A stretch of 64,000 bases of DNA from an uncultured Candidatus Saccharibacteria bacterium (GTDB taxonomy: Bacteria > Patescibacteriota > Minisyncoccia > Phycocordibacterales > UBA9973). Position numbers and translations under genes: made by a program. Shown here in pieces: positions 17,053 to 27,000 of the stretch; positions within the stretch are counted from its first letter, which is position 1; every line of letters begins with the position of its first letter. Under the pieces are notes generated by a model. That model worked only from the letters and a program-made list of their open reading frames with translations. It was not told where the DNA came from and ran no database searches. The stretch spans positions 116,957-180,956 of the forward strand of contig CAZUQJ010000001.1 in the NCBI GenBank assembly GCA_964622505.1, written 5' to 3'.

Positions 17053-18084
17053 ATGACAAATAAAAATATTCAATTGTATTTCTTTATTGCACTGTTGTGC
17101 GTTGTGTTCCTTTTAAATGTTGCACTATTTTTACCTTTTCTTACTTTGTTTGCCGTTATCGCTATTTTTGCCGTAGTGTTTTATCCACTGTTCAACAAGC
17201 TTAAAAAAAGATTGTATAACAATGGCAATGTAGCTGCATTTGTAACGATTATTATTGCAGCAATTATTGTGCTCTTGCCACTAACTTTCTTTACCATTCA
17301 AGTATTTCTCGAAGCTAAAAGCATTTATGCCAATTTAGATTCCTTCCAAAGTACATTATCTGGATTGTCTTCGACTCTCAACATGAAGCTTGGAACTTTG
17401 ATCCCAAATGCTTCGATTGACCTCTCTTCTTATTTAGCATCAATTTTTAGTGGGTTGACTACGAGTATTGGGAGTGTGTTTTCAAGCGTCCTACACTTTA
17501 CGACCGTCGTATTCATCAGCTTTGTTGCACTCTTTTTCTTTCTGCGTGACGGCAAAAAATTTATCAATAAACTCATAGCTACAAGTCCGCTTGACGATGT
17601 CCATGATCAGAAAATTCTCGCCAAGCTCAAACTAACTATTAGCGCAATCATCAAAGGGTCTCTTGTTATTGCGGCCATCCAAGGCTTGCTGACATGGATA
17701 GGATTTTTGATTTTTGGCATTCCAAATCCGGCGCTCTGGGGCGCATTGACAGTATTTGCATCACTTATCCCTGGTATTGGTACTGCGATTGTGATCACTC
17801 CTGCAATCATATATCTTTTCAATGTAGGTACGCTCTTTAATGCAGTAGGTCTTCTTGTGTGGGGCGTGGTCATTGTGGGGCTTATAGACAATGTGGTCCG
17901 TCCGGTACTTGTCGGTAAAGATGTTGATATTCATCCATTTATGGTACTGATGTCTATCTTTGGAGGATTGCTTATGTTTGGAGCTATCGGATTCTTGCTC
18001 GGACCACTCCTGCTCTCATTCTTTACCGTCTTAATAGAACTATACCCGACTATTACCAAAGGTGTACTTGATAAAAAAGAATAA
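17053..18084 (+). CDS. AI-2E family (UPF0118/PerM-like) membrane transporter
   Basis: 8-TM protein with …LIPGIGTAIVITPAIIYLF… typical of the AI-2E family. Confidence 0.55.
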   Translation: MTNKNIQLYFFIALLCVVFLLNVALFLPFLTLFAVIAIFAVVFYPLFNKLKKRLYNNGNVAAFVTIIIAAIIVLLPLTFFTIQVFLEAKSIYANLDSFQSTLSGLSSTLNMKLGTLIPNASIDLSSYLASIFSGLTTSIGSVFSSVLHFTTVVFISFVALFFFLRDGKKFINKLIATSPLDDVHDQKILAKLKLTISAIIKGSLVIAAIQGLLTWIGFLIFGIPNPALWGALTVFASLIPGIGTAIVITPAIIYLFNVGTLFNAVGLLVWGVVIVGLIDNVVRPVLVGKDVDIHPFMVLMSIFGGLLMFGAIGFLLGPLLLSFFTVLIELYPTITKGVLDKKE

Positions 18085-18830
18085 TGAGCATCAGCAAAAA
18101 TACAGCCAAATTGATACGATCTCTTCATTTGAAGAAATTTCGTAAAGAAGAGGGGTTATTCCTTGTGGAAGGCGAGAAGAGTATCATCGAGGTGGTGCAG
18201 TCTGATTTTGAAATTGTAAATATATACACTACTCGTGAAATTTTTGAGAAGTATAGAGATATCTTTAAGCCACTCGATGAGATTATAGAGATAGTACATG
18301 CAGATGAGCTTACAAAAGTAAGCTCACTTGAGTTTAACGATACAGGTATAGCAATAGTGAAGCAAAAAGAAAATACGCCGATTGAGATAGAGAGTGAGAT
18401 TATCGTCGTGCTCGACGACATACGTGATCCTGGCAATTTGGGTACTATTATCCGTACATGTGATTGGTATGGGGTCAAGAAGATCGTATGCTCCGATACT
18501 ACTGCAGAATTGTACAACAACAAAGTTATCGCTAGTAGTATGGGCTCTTTTACTCGAGTGCAAATTTTCTACACAGACCTCAATCATTTTTTGAAAGATC
18601 AAAACATTCCTATAATGGGCGCTCTACTCTCTGGTTTGGATGTCCACAATGTTATATACCCGAAAAGTGGAATTATTCTAATGGGCAATGAATCAAATGG
18701 CATACATAAAGAATTACAAAATTATATAACCGACAAAATCACGATTCCGCGCTATGGAGACGCTGAGTCACTCAATGTGTCTATGGCCACAGGCATTATT
18801 TTAGATAATTGGCGTCGGGGCATGATATAA
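18084..18830 (+). CDS. SpoU/TrmH-family RNA 2'-O-methyltransferase (RlmB-like, with an N-terminal substrate-binding domain)
   Basis: SPOUT motifs VVLDDIRDPGNLGTIIRT, LMGNESNGI and LNVSMATGIIL. Confidence 0.7.
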   Translation: MSISKNTAKLIRSLHLKKFRKEEGLFLVEGEKSIIEVVQSDFEIVNIYTTREIFEKYRDIFKPLDEIIEIVHADELTKVSSLEFNDTGIAIVKQKENTPIEIESEIIVVLDDIRDPGNLGTIIRTCDWYGVKKIVCSDTTAELYNNKVIASSMGSFTRVQIFYTDLNHFLKDQNIPIMGALLSGLDVHNVIYPKSGIILMGNESNGIHKELQNYITDKITIPRYGDAESLNVSMATGIILDNWRRGMI

Positions 18831-18839
18831 TGCTCGTAT

Positions 18840-21530
18840 ATGCAGTGGTATAGCAAAAATCAAGAAGAAATATTTAAACAACTAGAGAGCAACATTACAG
18901 GACTCTCTCAATCTCAAGTAGAGCTCGCTCGCCAAAAATATGGCGAGAATAAATTGCCGGAAGAGAAACTCGCGACGTATTTAGAGATATTCTTCAACCA
19001 ATTTAAAAGTCCGCTTATCTATATTCTTTTAATTGCAGTTCTGATAGTGCTCGCTATGGGCGACACAGAGAGCGCTCTTGTTATCGGAGTAGTCCTTGTG
19101 CTCAATGCAGCTATAGGTACTTTTCAAGAAGGCAAAGCTCAAAATACTCTCAACGCTTTAAAAAAGTTCATCACAACAAAGGCTACTGTTCTGCGGGAAA
19201 ATATGGAGATCATCATAGACGATTCGGAGCTTGTTCCTGGAGATATAATCTTGCTTACAGAAGGCGACAAGATACCCAGCGATGCGCGCTTACTATCCGT
19301 AGAACAACTCAAGATCGACGAGTCCGCTCTGACGGGTGAGTCGATGCCGGTCTACAAAACAGTAGAACCGATTGAAAAAAGTAATTTAACAAACCAAGAC
19401 CAGACTAACATGGTCTTTCGTGGTACATATGTTGTAGGTGGTAATGCAAAAGCGATTGTTGTTGCAACAGGTACCGAGACAATGATTGGTAAAATATCAC
19501 TCAAATTACAAACACTCAATACCGATGTTCCGCTCAAAGCCGAGATTAAGTCACTTTCAAAAGTTTTGATAGGGATTGTTCTTGTTATGGTGGTCTTGCT
19601 GTTCTTTGTGGGTATTTATTCAGGGTATTCTACGATAGACATGTTTAGTATTGCTGTGGCTGTGGCTGTGTCGGCTATACCCGAGGGCTTGCCAGTGGTT
19701 GTGACACTAATCCTAGCTACTGGGGTGAACAGAATGACCAAAAGAAATGCTCTGGTCAAAAATCTGCAAGCAGTCGAAGCATTGGGCCAAGCCGATGTGA
19801 TAGCAGTCGACAAGACAGGCACTATTACTCTCAATCAGATGCAGGTAAAGGAAGTGTATGTATCAAGCGGACTATATCAAGTGGAAGGTCAAGGCTATGA
19901 GCCAAAAGGTGTTGTGCAGCTCGAGGGCAATGTGGTCAATCATATAGAGCGACCAGATCTGATGCTCATAGGTAAGATATGCTCGCTGACCGCCCTCGCA
20001 CATATTTCATATTCAGAAGAAAAGAAATTCTGGCAAAGGATATCTGGCGACCCTACAGAAGTTGCATTGCTTGTTTTTTCACAAAAACTCAATTTCGATA
20101 AAAGTGCAGAAGAAAGAGATAATCCAAAAATACTCGAGATGCCATTTAGCTCCCACACTCGTTTCCACGCGACTATAAATACCGTAAAAGGTCAAAATGT
20201 TTTCTTTGTTGCTGGTGCTCCAGAGGCCATTTTGCATTCGTCTGTCGACATGTATACAAGCGACGGCAAGATTGAATTTTCTGATATACAAAAGAATATT
20301 ATTCTGACACAGATGAAGGAAATGTCGGCTCGCGGATTGAGAATAATAGCTTGTGCAACATCAGATCATCATGTAAAAGATATGGATCCAAGTGTGTTAC
20401 CTAAATTGACCTTTGTAGGTATTGTCGGTATTGAAGATGCCATAAGGACAGAAGTTTATGATGCTGTAGATCGGTCCAAAAAGGCTGGTATACGTGTGGT
20501 AATGATCACCGGTGACCATGTCGACACAGCTATCGCTATTGCGCGTAGTGTAGGGATATACAAAGATGGTGATAGTGTTTTAACAGACAAGGATCTGGCC
20601 GAGTTATCTCCAAGTGAGCTCCGGGCAAAGATAGTGAATACAACAGTGTTTGCTCGTGTTACTCCAGACCACAAGATGGCTATTGTGAATGCATACAAGA
20701 GTGCAGGTCTGATTATTGCCATGACAGGTGACGGGGTCAATGACGCACTCTCCCTTGCGTCTGCTGATCTGGGAGTTGCTATGGGTAAGATGGGCACAGA
20801 AGTTGCAAAGGAAGCTGCCGACATCATACTCCTCGATGACAATTTCGGCAGTATAGTACACGCAGTAGAAGAAGGGCGCAATATTTATCGGACAATTAAA
20901 AAAGTGTTAATGTACTTACTTTCTACAGGCCTTGGAGAAATTTTTGCAATTGCGGGTACGATGCTTCTCGGCCTCCAGATGCCATTTTCAGCATCGCAGA
21001 TCATATGGCTCAATTTTGTCACCGATGGATTCCTAGTTATTGCACTTGCTTTGGAGCCAAAAGATGAAAGTCTGCTTTCTCAAAAAATGAGCAAGGATGA
21101 TCAGAAACTGATCAATAAAGAAATGCTCATCCGTATGTTTATTATGGGTTTTGTAATGATGGTAGGGACTATTATCCTATTCAACAGCTATCTCGGCGAG
21201 GGATTCCTGAAAGCTTCGACCATAGCGCTGACAGTGCTTGCCGTGTATCAGTGGTTCAACGCATTTAACTGCCGATCAAGTAAAAAATCAGTTTTCAAAA
21301 TAGATTTATTTTCAAATAAATATTTGCTCTGGGCTTTTGGGGTAGTAGTCATTTTGCAGATTGTGGCTGTATACACTAAGCCTTTCAATAATTTTCTGAA
21401 TACAACAGCTATAACTGTTTCTGATTGGGTGATAGTGATTGCAGTTGCTCTCTCTGTTATTTTGGTAGATGAAATATATAAGCTTATAAAAAATGGGGTC
21501 AACAGATTTAAGTCTAGAAATGTGTTATAA
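18840..21530 (+). CDS. Cation-transporting P-type ATPase (type II, Ca2+/Mg2+-like)
   Basis: DKTGTIT phosphorylation motif, MITGDHVDTA, GDGVNDALSLASADLGVAMG, and 10 TM segments. Confidence 0.85.
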   Translation: MQWYSKNQEEIFKQLESNITGLSQSQVELARQKYGENKLPEEKLATYLEIFFNQFKSPLIYILLIAVLIVLAMGDTESALVIGVVLVLNAAIGTFQEGKAQNTLNALKKFITTKATVLRENMEIIIDDSELVPGDIILLTEGDKIPSDARLLSVEQLKIDESALTGESMPVYKTVEPIEKSNLTNQDQTNMVFRGTYVVGGNAKAIVVATGTETMIGKISLKLQTLNTDVPLKAEIKSLSKVLIGIVLVMVVLLFFVGIYSGYSTIDMFSIAVAVAVSAIPEGLPVVVTLILATGVNRMTKRNALVKNLQAVEALGQADVIAVDKTGTITLNQMQVKEVYVSSGLYQVEGQGYEPKGVVQLEGNVVNHIERPDLMLIGKICSLTALAHISYSEEKKFWQRISGDPTEVALLVFSQKLNFDKSAEERDNPKILEMPFSSHTRFHATINTVKGQNVFFVAGAPEAILHSSVDMYTSDGKIEFSDIQKNIILTQMKEMSARGLRIIACATSDHHVKDMDPSVLPKLTFVGIVGIEDAIRTEVYDAVDRSKKAGIRVVMITGDHVDTAIAIARSVGIYKDGDSVLTDKDLAELSPSELRAKIVNTTVFARVTPDHKMAIVNAYKSAGLIIAMTGDGVNDALSLASADLGVAMGKMGTEVAKEAADIILLDDNFGSIVHAVEEGRNIYRTIKKVLMYLLSTGLGEIFAIAGTMLLGLQMPFSASQIIWLNFVTDGFLVIALALEPKDESLLSQKMSKDDQKLINKEMLIRMFIMGFVMMVGTIILFNSYLGEGFLKASTIALTVLAVYQWFNAFNCRSSKKSVFKIDLFSNKYLLWAFGVVVILQIVAVYTKPFNNFLNTTAITVSDWVIVIAVALSVILVDEIYKLIKNGVNRFKSRNVL

Positions 21531-21539
21531 TATAAAGAT

Positions 21540-22547
21540 ATGATATTTATACTTGTTTCAATCTTGCTTTTACTCTCGGGGCTTTTTTCGGCACTGACTA
21601 TTTCTTATATGGGTTTTGATCTAGGTCTATTGCACCGTTTAGCCAAGCAGAAAAACAAACAGGCAATAGCAATACTCGATATACGCAAAAGAGGGATGAA
21701 ACTTTTGATCACTTTGATCCTCGGCACAACTCTGGCAAATGCATTTGCAACTATCCTCATCGGAGATCATTTTTCTGGACTCGTGGCTGGGCTTGTGAGT
21801 GCTTCGTTGATCTTTTTGCTTGCCGATGTTTTCCCCCAAGCATTTGGTAGTCAGCATGCTTTGGCTTTTGGCGGATTTTGTGTCCCGCTTACTCGAGTAT
21901 TTATGTTTATTTTTTATCCGATATCAGCACCTGTTGCGTATTTATTAAAAAAGATTTTAGGAGAGGAAAAGGTAAACAAAATATCCAAAGTAGATTTGTT
22001 GACTATTTTAGATGAACAGGACCAGAGTGGTGTGTCCGATGTAGACACTGACGAGCGTCGGATTGCACGTGGCTCTTTGTTATTTTCTGATCGAAAAGTG
22101 AGCAATGTCATGACTCCAAATACTGTTGTCAAAACGATTGATCACAATGAAGTTCTAGACTACGACCGACTCATTGAGCTACGTAACACAGGCTATTCTC
22201 GTATACCTGTCTATGAAAATGACCAGCACAATTTTACCGGTATACTGTACCTCAAAGACTTGATCGGTATAGCAACTCCATGCAAGGTAAGTGACTTGAT
22301 GGACAACACAATCCACTTTGTACATTCACATGACCCACTCGACAAGGTCCTTGGTGAATTTATTTCCACAAAGATGCACTTGTTCGTAGTACTCGATGAA
22401 TTTGGTGGATTTGAAGGTGTGATTACTGTTGAAGATATCCTCGAAGAGATTATTGGCCAAGAGATCATGGACGAAGATGACGATGTTCCTGACTTGCGAG
22501 AGTTTGCCCGAGGTCGCCAGAAACAAATAATCAATAAAATAAAATAA
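21540..22547 (+). CDS. CNNM/HlyC-CorC-family protein (DUF21 TM domain plus a CBS pair)
   Basis: N-terminal 4-TM DUF21-like region followed by two CBS-like segments. Confidence 0.65.
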   Translation: MIFILVSILLLLSGLFSALTISYMGFDLGLLHRLAKQKNKQAIAILDIRKRGMKLLITLILGTTLANAFATILIGDHFSGLVAGLVSASLIFLLADVFPQAFGSQHALAFGGFCVPLTRVFMFIFYPISAPVAYLLKKILGEEKVNKISKVDLLTILDEQDQSGVSDVDTDERRIARGSLLFSDRKVSNVMTPNTVVKTIDHNEVLDYDRLIELRNTGYSRIPVYENDQHNFTGILYLKDLIGIATPCKVSDLMDNTIHFVHSHDPLDKVLGEFISTKMHLFVVLDEFGGFEGVITVEDILEEIIGQEIMDEDDDVPDLREFARGRQKQIINKIK

Positions 22548-23044
22548 TGAAGAAAACTTTAAAAGAATTACTTGGTGAAATCAGTGATAAGGAGCACGCC
22601 TGCATAGTGGTACTAGACGAGCTGACCGATGTCCACAATGTGGGTGCTATTATCCGTACCGCTGTGGCAAGTGGTGCCGACGGAGTGGTGGTAGGCAAGC
22701 ACAACCAAGCCCCGATCAATGACACTGTAATGCGCACAAGCGCCTATACAGCTGATCTGATCCCGATCATCGAGATGAATATCAACGATAGTTTACGAAT
22801 ACTCAAAGACAATGGCTTCTGGGTCCACGGACTTTTTATGCAAGGGGATAGTACATTGTGGCAAAGCGATTTGAAAGGCAAAGTTGCCATCGTAGTGGGT
22901 AGCGAAGGCGACGGTATACATGACCTAACTCGCAAGCTCTGCGACTTTGCATTAGCTATCCCAATGGACGAAAAAGTAGAATCCCTCAACGCATCAGTCT
23001 CGGCAAGTATTGCTCTCTACGAGCGCTTGAGGCAGATATCGTAG
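22547..23044 (+). CDS. Small SpoU/TrmH-family RNA methyltransferase (TrmH/TrmL-like)
   Basis: VVLDELTDVHNVGAIIRTA, VVGSEGDGI and LNASVSASIAL SPOUT motifs; 165 aa. Confidence 0.65.
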   Translation: MKKTLKELLGEISDKEHACIVVLDELTDVHNVGAIIRTAVASGADGVVVGKHNQAPINDTVMRTSAYTADLIPIIEMNINDSLRILKDNGFWVHGLFMQGDSTLWQSDLKGKVAIVVGSEGDGIHDLTRKLCDFALAIPMDEKVESLNASVSASIALYERLRQIS

Positions 23045-23071
23045 TGTTAAATTTTATGATATTATTGTTGT

Positions 23072-25618
23072 ATGTTTAATTTTAGACCTAAAATGGAGAG
23101 TAAAGTCTCTAGTGCTTTACCCACAGAAGAAAAGCCAGATATTCAGGAAACTAAACAAAAAGAAGAAAAATCACTAACTCCTGAAATTATAAAAAAAATA
23201 TATGAAAAAGGTCGTTTATATATCATGACCACGATTATTTCCCTTGGTATGTTTCAAGTAGATAAATCAGGTTCAGAGCAAAATTTTGATTATTTTATAT
23301 CGAAGTTCAAAAATATTCCAAAAGAAAAAAGCCATGAAGTTTATGATGATTTAAATAAAATATTGTCACCAGAAGAATTTTCAATATATTGTGAAAACGA
23401 TAACGATAGTTTAATTTCAAATTCAGTACTTGATAATAAATTCCGTGAAATCTTGGTGAAATTAAGTTCAAAGTTTATTTTTAAATCAGATGATCTGTTT
23501 ATAGATTTTTCTGAAAAAAAAGAGGAGGAACAAAACCAAAAACAATTATATAAAATAGATACTGAGGATTCTTGGAAAAAAATTGATGAAATCCTAAAAG
23601 AATTTCCTTCAGGTTACAAACCAGAGATTTCTTCAATTCCATATTCTCATATTGAATATTTAAATGATCCAGTATATTTTAAGGCCCTAAAACGTCTTGC
23701 CAGCATAAAAATGACGAGAGATGTTGCATATTGTAACAACAATAACATTAAAAAAATTGCAACGGATGATGATTTATTTATCATATTAGAGAAATTTAAT
23801 AGCTTGGGCCCTGAATTTAGTGCAGGCATTATTGATCGTTTTTTTGAATCTGGAACTAAACCTGAATATTTAGATGAAGAACAATGGCAAAAAAAATTAA
23901 ATTTCCGTAATGACTTTGAACACTTCTTGCAATCTAATCCAAATGCAAAGATTTTTGAATATGGTAAAGGCTCTAAATTTGAATCAAATGGAATTATTAA
24001 TTTAATGGATGATTCATCTGGAAGATACATACAATTTTTTGAAGACAAGAATAATCAAAAAAGTATTGAATTCCTACGTAGTATTGGATATGATTTCCAA
24101 TCAATGTATTTTTTAATAAGGTCAAATTATGAAAATATGGTCAACGAACCAGAATTTTTAGATGCACTGAATGAACTATCTGTAATCAATAGGAGGGGTG
24201 ATTCCTATAGCGTTTGGTTTCATTTATTATCTAAATATGATTCTTATTACAACTTAGACACTAAAGATGGTTTTGAGGATTTGGCTCATGATTTAAAAAG
24301 GGCTAAGTACAAGCTAGGTAATTCTTCTGTGGATTTTTATAAAGTCAGAGATAAATTAGAAGAAATTACAGACAAACATACTAAAAACAGCAATGAAATA
24401 ATTAAAGAAAATGTTTTTGAGCCTTTAGTTGCAGATATGGATACATCATACCAGCATTGGGATGAATTTTTAAAAGATCCAGCATTAGAAATTATAACAA
24501 AGTTAAAATATCAGAATAATATACCTAAATATTTGGATACTTTAGATTATTTTTCCAAAATAGATTGGATGATGCGCGTTGCAAGAAATATGTATATTGC
24601 TAATACACCAATTACTCCTGAAGATTTTGAAAAAACATTCTACGAAACAGTCAGCATTAGAATGGATAAGGAATTAATAGAGAAGTCATTATTTAAAAAT
24701 AGAAATGTTGCGTTCTTTGCTCACAACGAACGATACGGTGATGATAAAAAAGATAAATTAACTAAATATAAATTACAGAACAAAGGGAAAAACTGCTTTG
24801 GTAAGGCTGAGGCAATGGATGCAATTTCAAAACAACAACCAGACAATCTGAACATATTTCGGGCAAACAATACTTCGGAGTCATTAATTAATACAAAGAA
24901 GCTTTTTTTAGAATATATTATAAATAATTCTAATCTTACTGTCGTTGTTGATGCGCATGGTAACGAAAATGCTATTTATCTTACTAATGGTCTACCAAAA
25001 AGTCAAGAATTAAAAAATTCAGTTCCTACCGAAGGATCAGATTGTGTCACTTTTGAAGAGATTGCTAATGCAATTGAGGAACGATATGATAAAAATATAA
25101 AAGACGTACCTATTTTTATTATGACTTCTTGTTATAATCAGAATTTTATACGGAATCTTTGCGAAAAAATTATCGAAATAAATTCACAGAAGAAAAAGGA
25201 CATACAACTGCCTATTATTTCTGGAGATGCGGAATATGGACAGTATGCTTATTCTACTGAAAGCGAGTTTGGTAATGATTTTTTTGATATGATTTTAAAG
25301 AATAAATCTAATTCAAGGATTAAAGATATCATTCAAATTGAAAATGGAACTCTAACAACTAATATTTCACTGTTTGTGCCATTTACTAAAGAAAGTAAGG
25401 ATATTAACAGCAAAAAAATAAAACAAAAAATCTTCTACCAAATTACACAACACGGAGGCACACCGTTAAACAAAACACTCGCATTACAATACGCAGAGGG
25501 ATTACTAAGTAATACCATAAATGATAAAACAGCATCTTACTGGGAATATACCAATAAAGACCTAGCTCATGAAATAAGGAAAACAATCGAAGATTATAAT
25601 ATTGAGCTCGTAAGCTGA
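23072..25618 (+). CDS. Large AT-rich orphan protein (848 aa) with a possible C-terminal caspase/CHAT-like protease core
   Basis: No recognisable N-terminal domain. The C-terminal region has LTVVVDAHGNENAIYLTNG, then about 60 aa later PIFIMTSCYNQ. This is the hydrophobic-strand-HG … hydrophobic-strand-C arrangement of the caspase-hemoglobinase fold. Confidence 0.5.
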   Translation: MFNFRPKMESKVSSALPTEEKPDIQETKQKEEKSLTPEIIKKIYEKGRLYIMTTIISLGMFQVDKSGSEQNFDYFISKFKNIPKEKSHEVYDDLNKILSPEEFSIYCENDNDSLISNSVLDNKFREILVKLSSKFIFKSDDLFIDFSEKKEEEQNQKQLYKIDTEDSWKKIDEILKEFPSGYKPEISSIPYSHIEYLNDPVYFKALKRLASIKMTRDVAYCNNNNIKKIATDDDLFIILEKFNSLGPEFSAGIIDRFFESGTKPEYLDEEQWQKKLNFRNDFEHFLQSNPNAKIFEYGKGSKFESNGIINLMDDSSGRYIQFFEDKNNQKSIEFLRSIGYDFQSMYFLIRSNYENMVNEPEFLDALNELSVINRRGDSYSVWFHLLSKYDSYYNLDTKDGFEDLAHDLKRAKYKLGNSSVDFYKVRDKLEEITDKHTKNSNEIIKENVFEPLVADMDTSYQHWDEFLKDPALEIITKLKYQNNIPKYLDTLDYFSKIDWMMRVARNMYIANTPITPEDFEKTFYETVSIRMDKELIEKSLFKNRNVAFFAHNERYGDDKKDKLTKYKLQNKGKNCFGKAEAMDAISKQQPDNLNIFRANNTSESLINTKKLFLEYIINNSNLTVVVDAHGNENAIYLTNGLPKSQELKNSVPTEGSDCVTFEEIANAIEERYDKNIKDVPIFIMTSCYNQNFIRNLCEKIIEINSQKKKDIQLPIISGDAEYGQYAYSTESEFGNDFFDMILKNKSNSRIKDIIQIENGTLTTNISLFVPFTKESKDINSKKIKQKIFYQITQHGGTPLNKTLALQYAEGLLSNTINDKTASYWEYTNKDLAHEIRKTIEDYNIELVS

Positions 25619-25660
25619 TTTGTGGTATACTAGCTATTATTATTTATTTTTATCTTCATT

Positions 25661-26026
25661 ATGACAACAATTGAAATTTTGACATTTCTTGGGCGGATAC
25701 TGTTTGGAGCTTACTTTGTTTATTCTGGATACAACCATTTTAAAAATCAAAAAGGCTACATTGCTTATGCAAAGCATAAAGGTGTACCAAATCCAAATCT
25801 AGCTGTACCACTAACAGGATTATTGCTTGTAGTTGGAGGATTTGGATTCTTTCTGAACTTACTGATTGTCGAGTCTGCATTTATCTTGCTTATCTTCATG
25901 ATCCCGACCACACTTATGATGCATGCTTTCTGGAAAGAAAAAGATCCTACTCTCAAAGCAAATGAACATATTGCTTTTATGAAAAATGTAGCAATTATTG
26001 GTGCCTTACTGACATTCTTGAAATAA
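25661..26026 (+). CDS. DoxX-family membrane protein
   Basis: LGRILFGAYFVYSGYNHF and 4 TM segments; 121 aa. Confidence 0.55.
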   Translation: MTTIEILTFLGRILFGAYFVYSGYNHFKNQKGYIAYAKHKGVPNPNLAVPLTGLLLVVGGFGFFLNLLIVESAFILLIFMIPTTLMMHAFWKEKDPTLKANEHIAFMKNVAIIGALLTFLK

Positions 26027-26043
26027 AGGGATTACCCTTTCTT

Positions 26044-26736
26044 ATGGTAAATGAAATAGGTACTTTATATATCGTAGCAACTCCCATCGGTAACATGGAG
26101 GATATTACTCTTCGCGCACTTCGTATACTCAAAGAGGTGGATATAATTTTGTGTGAAGACACTCGTACTACAGGCAAGCTTCTCTCGCGTTACGAGATCA
26201 AGAACAAGACCTCGAGCTATCATGCCCACAGTACAAAGGGTAAAGAGGGTGCTATTATCCGTATGTTACAAGAGGGTAAGAACATCGCCCTTGTAAGCGA
26301 CGCAGGTACACCATGTATTTCTGATCCAGGAATTCTGTTGGTAAAAGAGGTTTACAAAGAGTTTGGTAAGGATGCTAAAGTGGTGCCAATTCCTGGGGCA
26401 TCAGCATTGATTACAGCATTATCAGCATGTGGAGTTTCTGTTGCAGACTTTATTTTCTTGGGATTTTTGCCCCACAAGAAGGGCAGAGAGACACTTTTTA
26501 AAGAGATCGCTGAGAGCACTAAACCAGTAGTTTTCTATGAGTCTTCACACCGGATTTTAAAAGCATTGGAAGCTCTCCATACTCACTGCAAGGACAGAAG
26601 TATAGTCATTGCTCGTGAACTGACCAAGATATACGAAGAGTTTCAAAGAGGGACACCAGGCACTCTACTTGAGGTGCTCACTGAAGACAAAAATAAGCAA
26701 AAAGGCGAGTTTGTAGTGATTGTGGATACTAAATAA
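26044..26736 (+). CDS. rsmI: 16S rRNA (cytidine1402-2'-O)-methyltransferase RsmI
   Basis: LYIVATPIGNMEDITLRALRILKEVDIILCEDTR is the tetrapyrrole-methylase-fold RsmI signature. Confidence 0.85.
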   Translation: MVNEIGTLYIVATPIGNMEDITLRALRILKEVDIILCEDTRTTGKLLSRYEIKNKTSSYHAHSTKGKEGAIIRMLQEGKNIALVSDAGTPCISDPGILLVKEVYKEFGKDAKVVPIPGASALITALSACGVSVADFIFLGFLPHKKGRETLFKEIAESTKPVVFYESSHRILKALEALHTHCKDRSIVIARELTKIYEEFQRGTPGTLLEVLTEDKNKQKGEFVVIVDTK

Positions 26737-26754
26737 ATACGATATAATAGAACT

Positions 26755-27000
26755 ATGAGAAAAGAAAGAACTTTATTTTTTATTGGTATTTGGATCGCAT
26801 TGTTGCCATTTTTAGGATTTCCTAATGCATGGCGCAAAATTCTATTTATTGTTACTGGTGTAGGAGTTGTATATCTTGCATACCTATTCCGCCAAGAGCA
26901 CAATGCTCGCATGATGATACTCAAATCAAGCTCAGAGGACCAAACAATGGATTCTTTTATTGATAATATAAATGATATAAATGAGTCATCATTCAAATAA
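26755..27000 (+). CDS. Small membrane protein, hypothetical
   Basis: Two hydrophobic helices; 81 aa. Confidence 0.3.
   Translation: MRKERTLFFIGIWIALLPFLGFPNAWRKILFIVTGVGVVYLAYLFRQEHNARMMILKSSSEDQTMDSFIDNINDINESSFK

Noticed and set aside
19352-21502. Multiple 60-140-aa minus-strand ORFs inside the P-type ATPase gene
   Set aside because: Antisense shadows of a highly conserved 896-aa gene.
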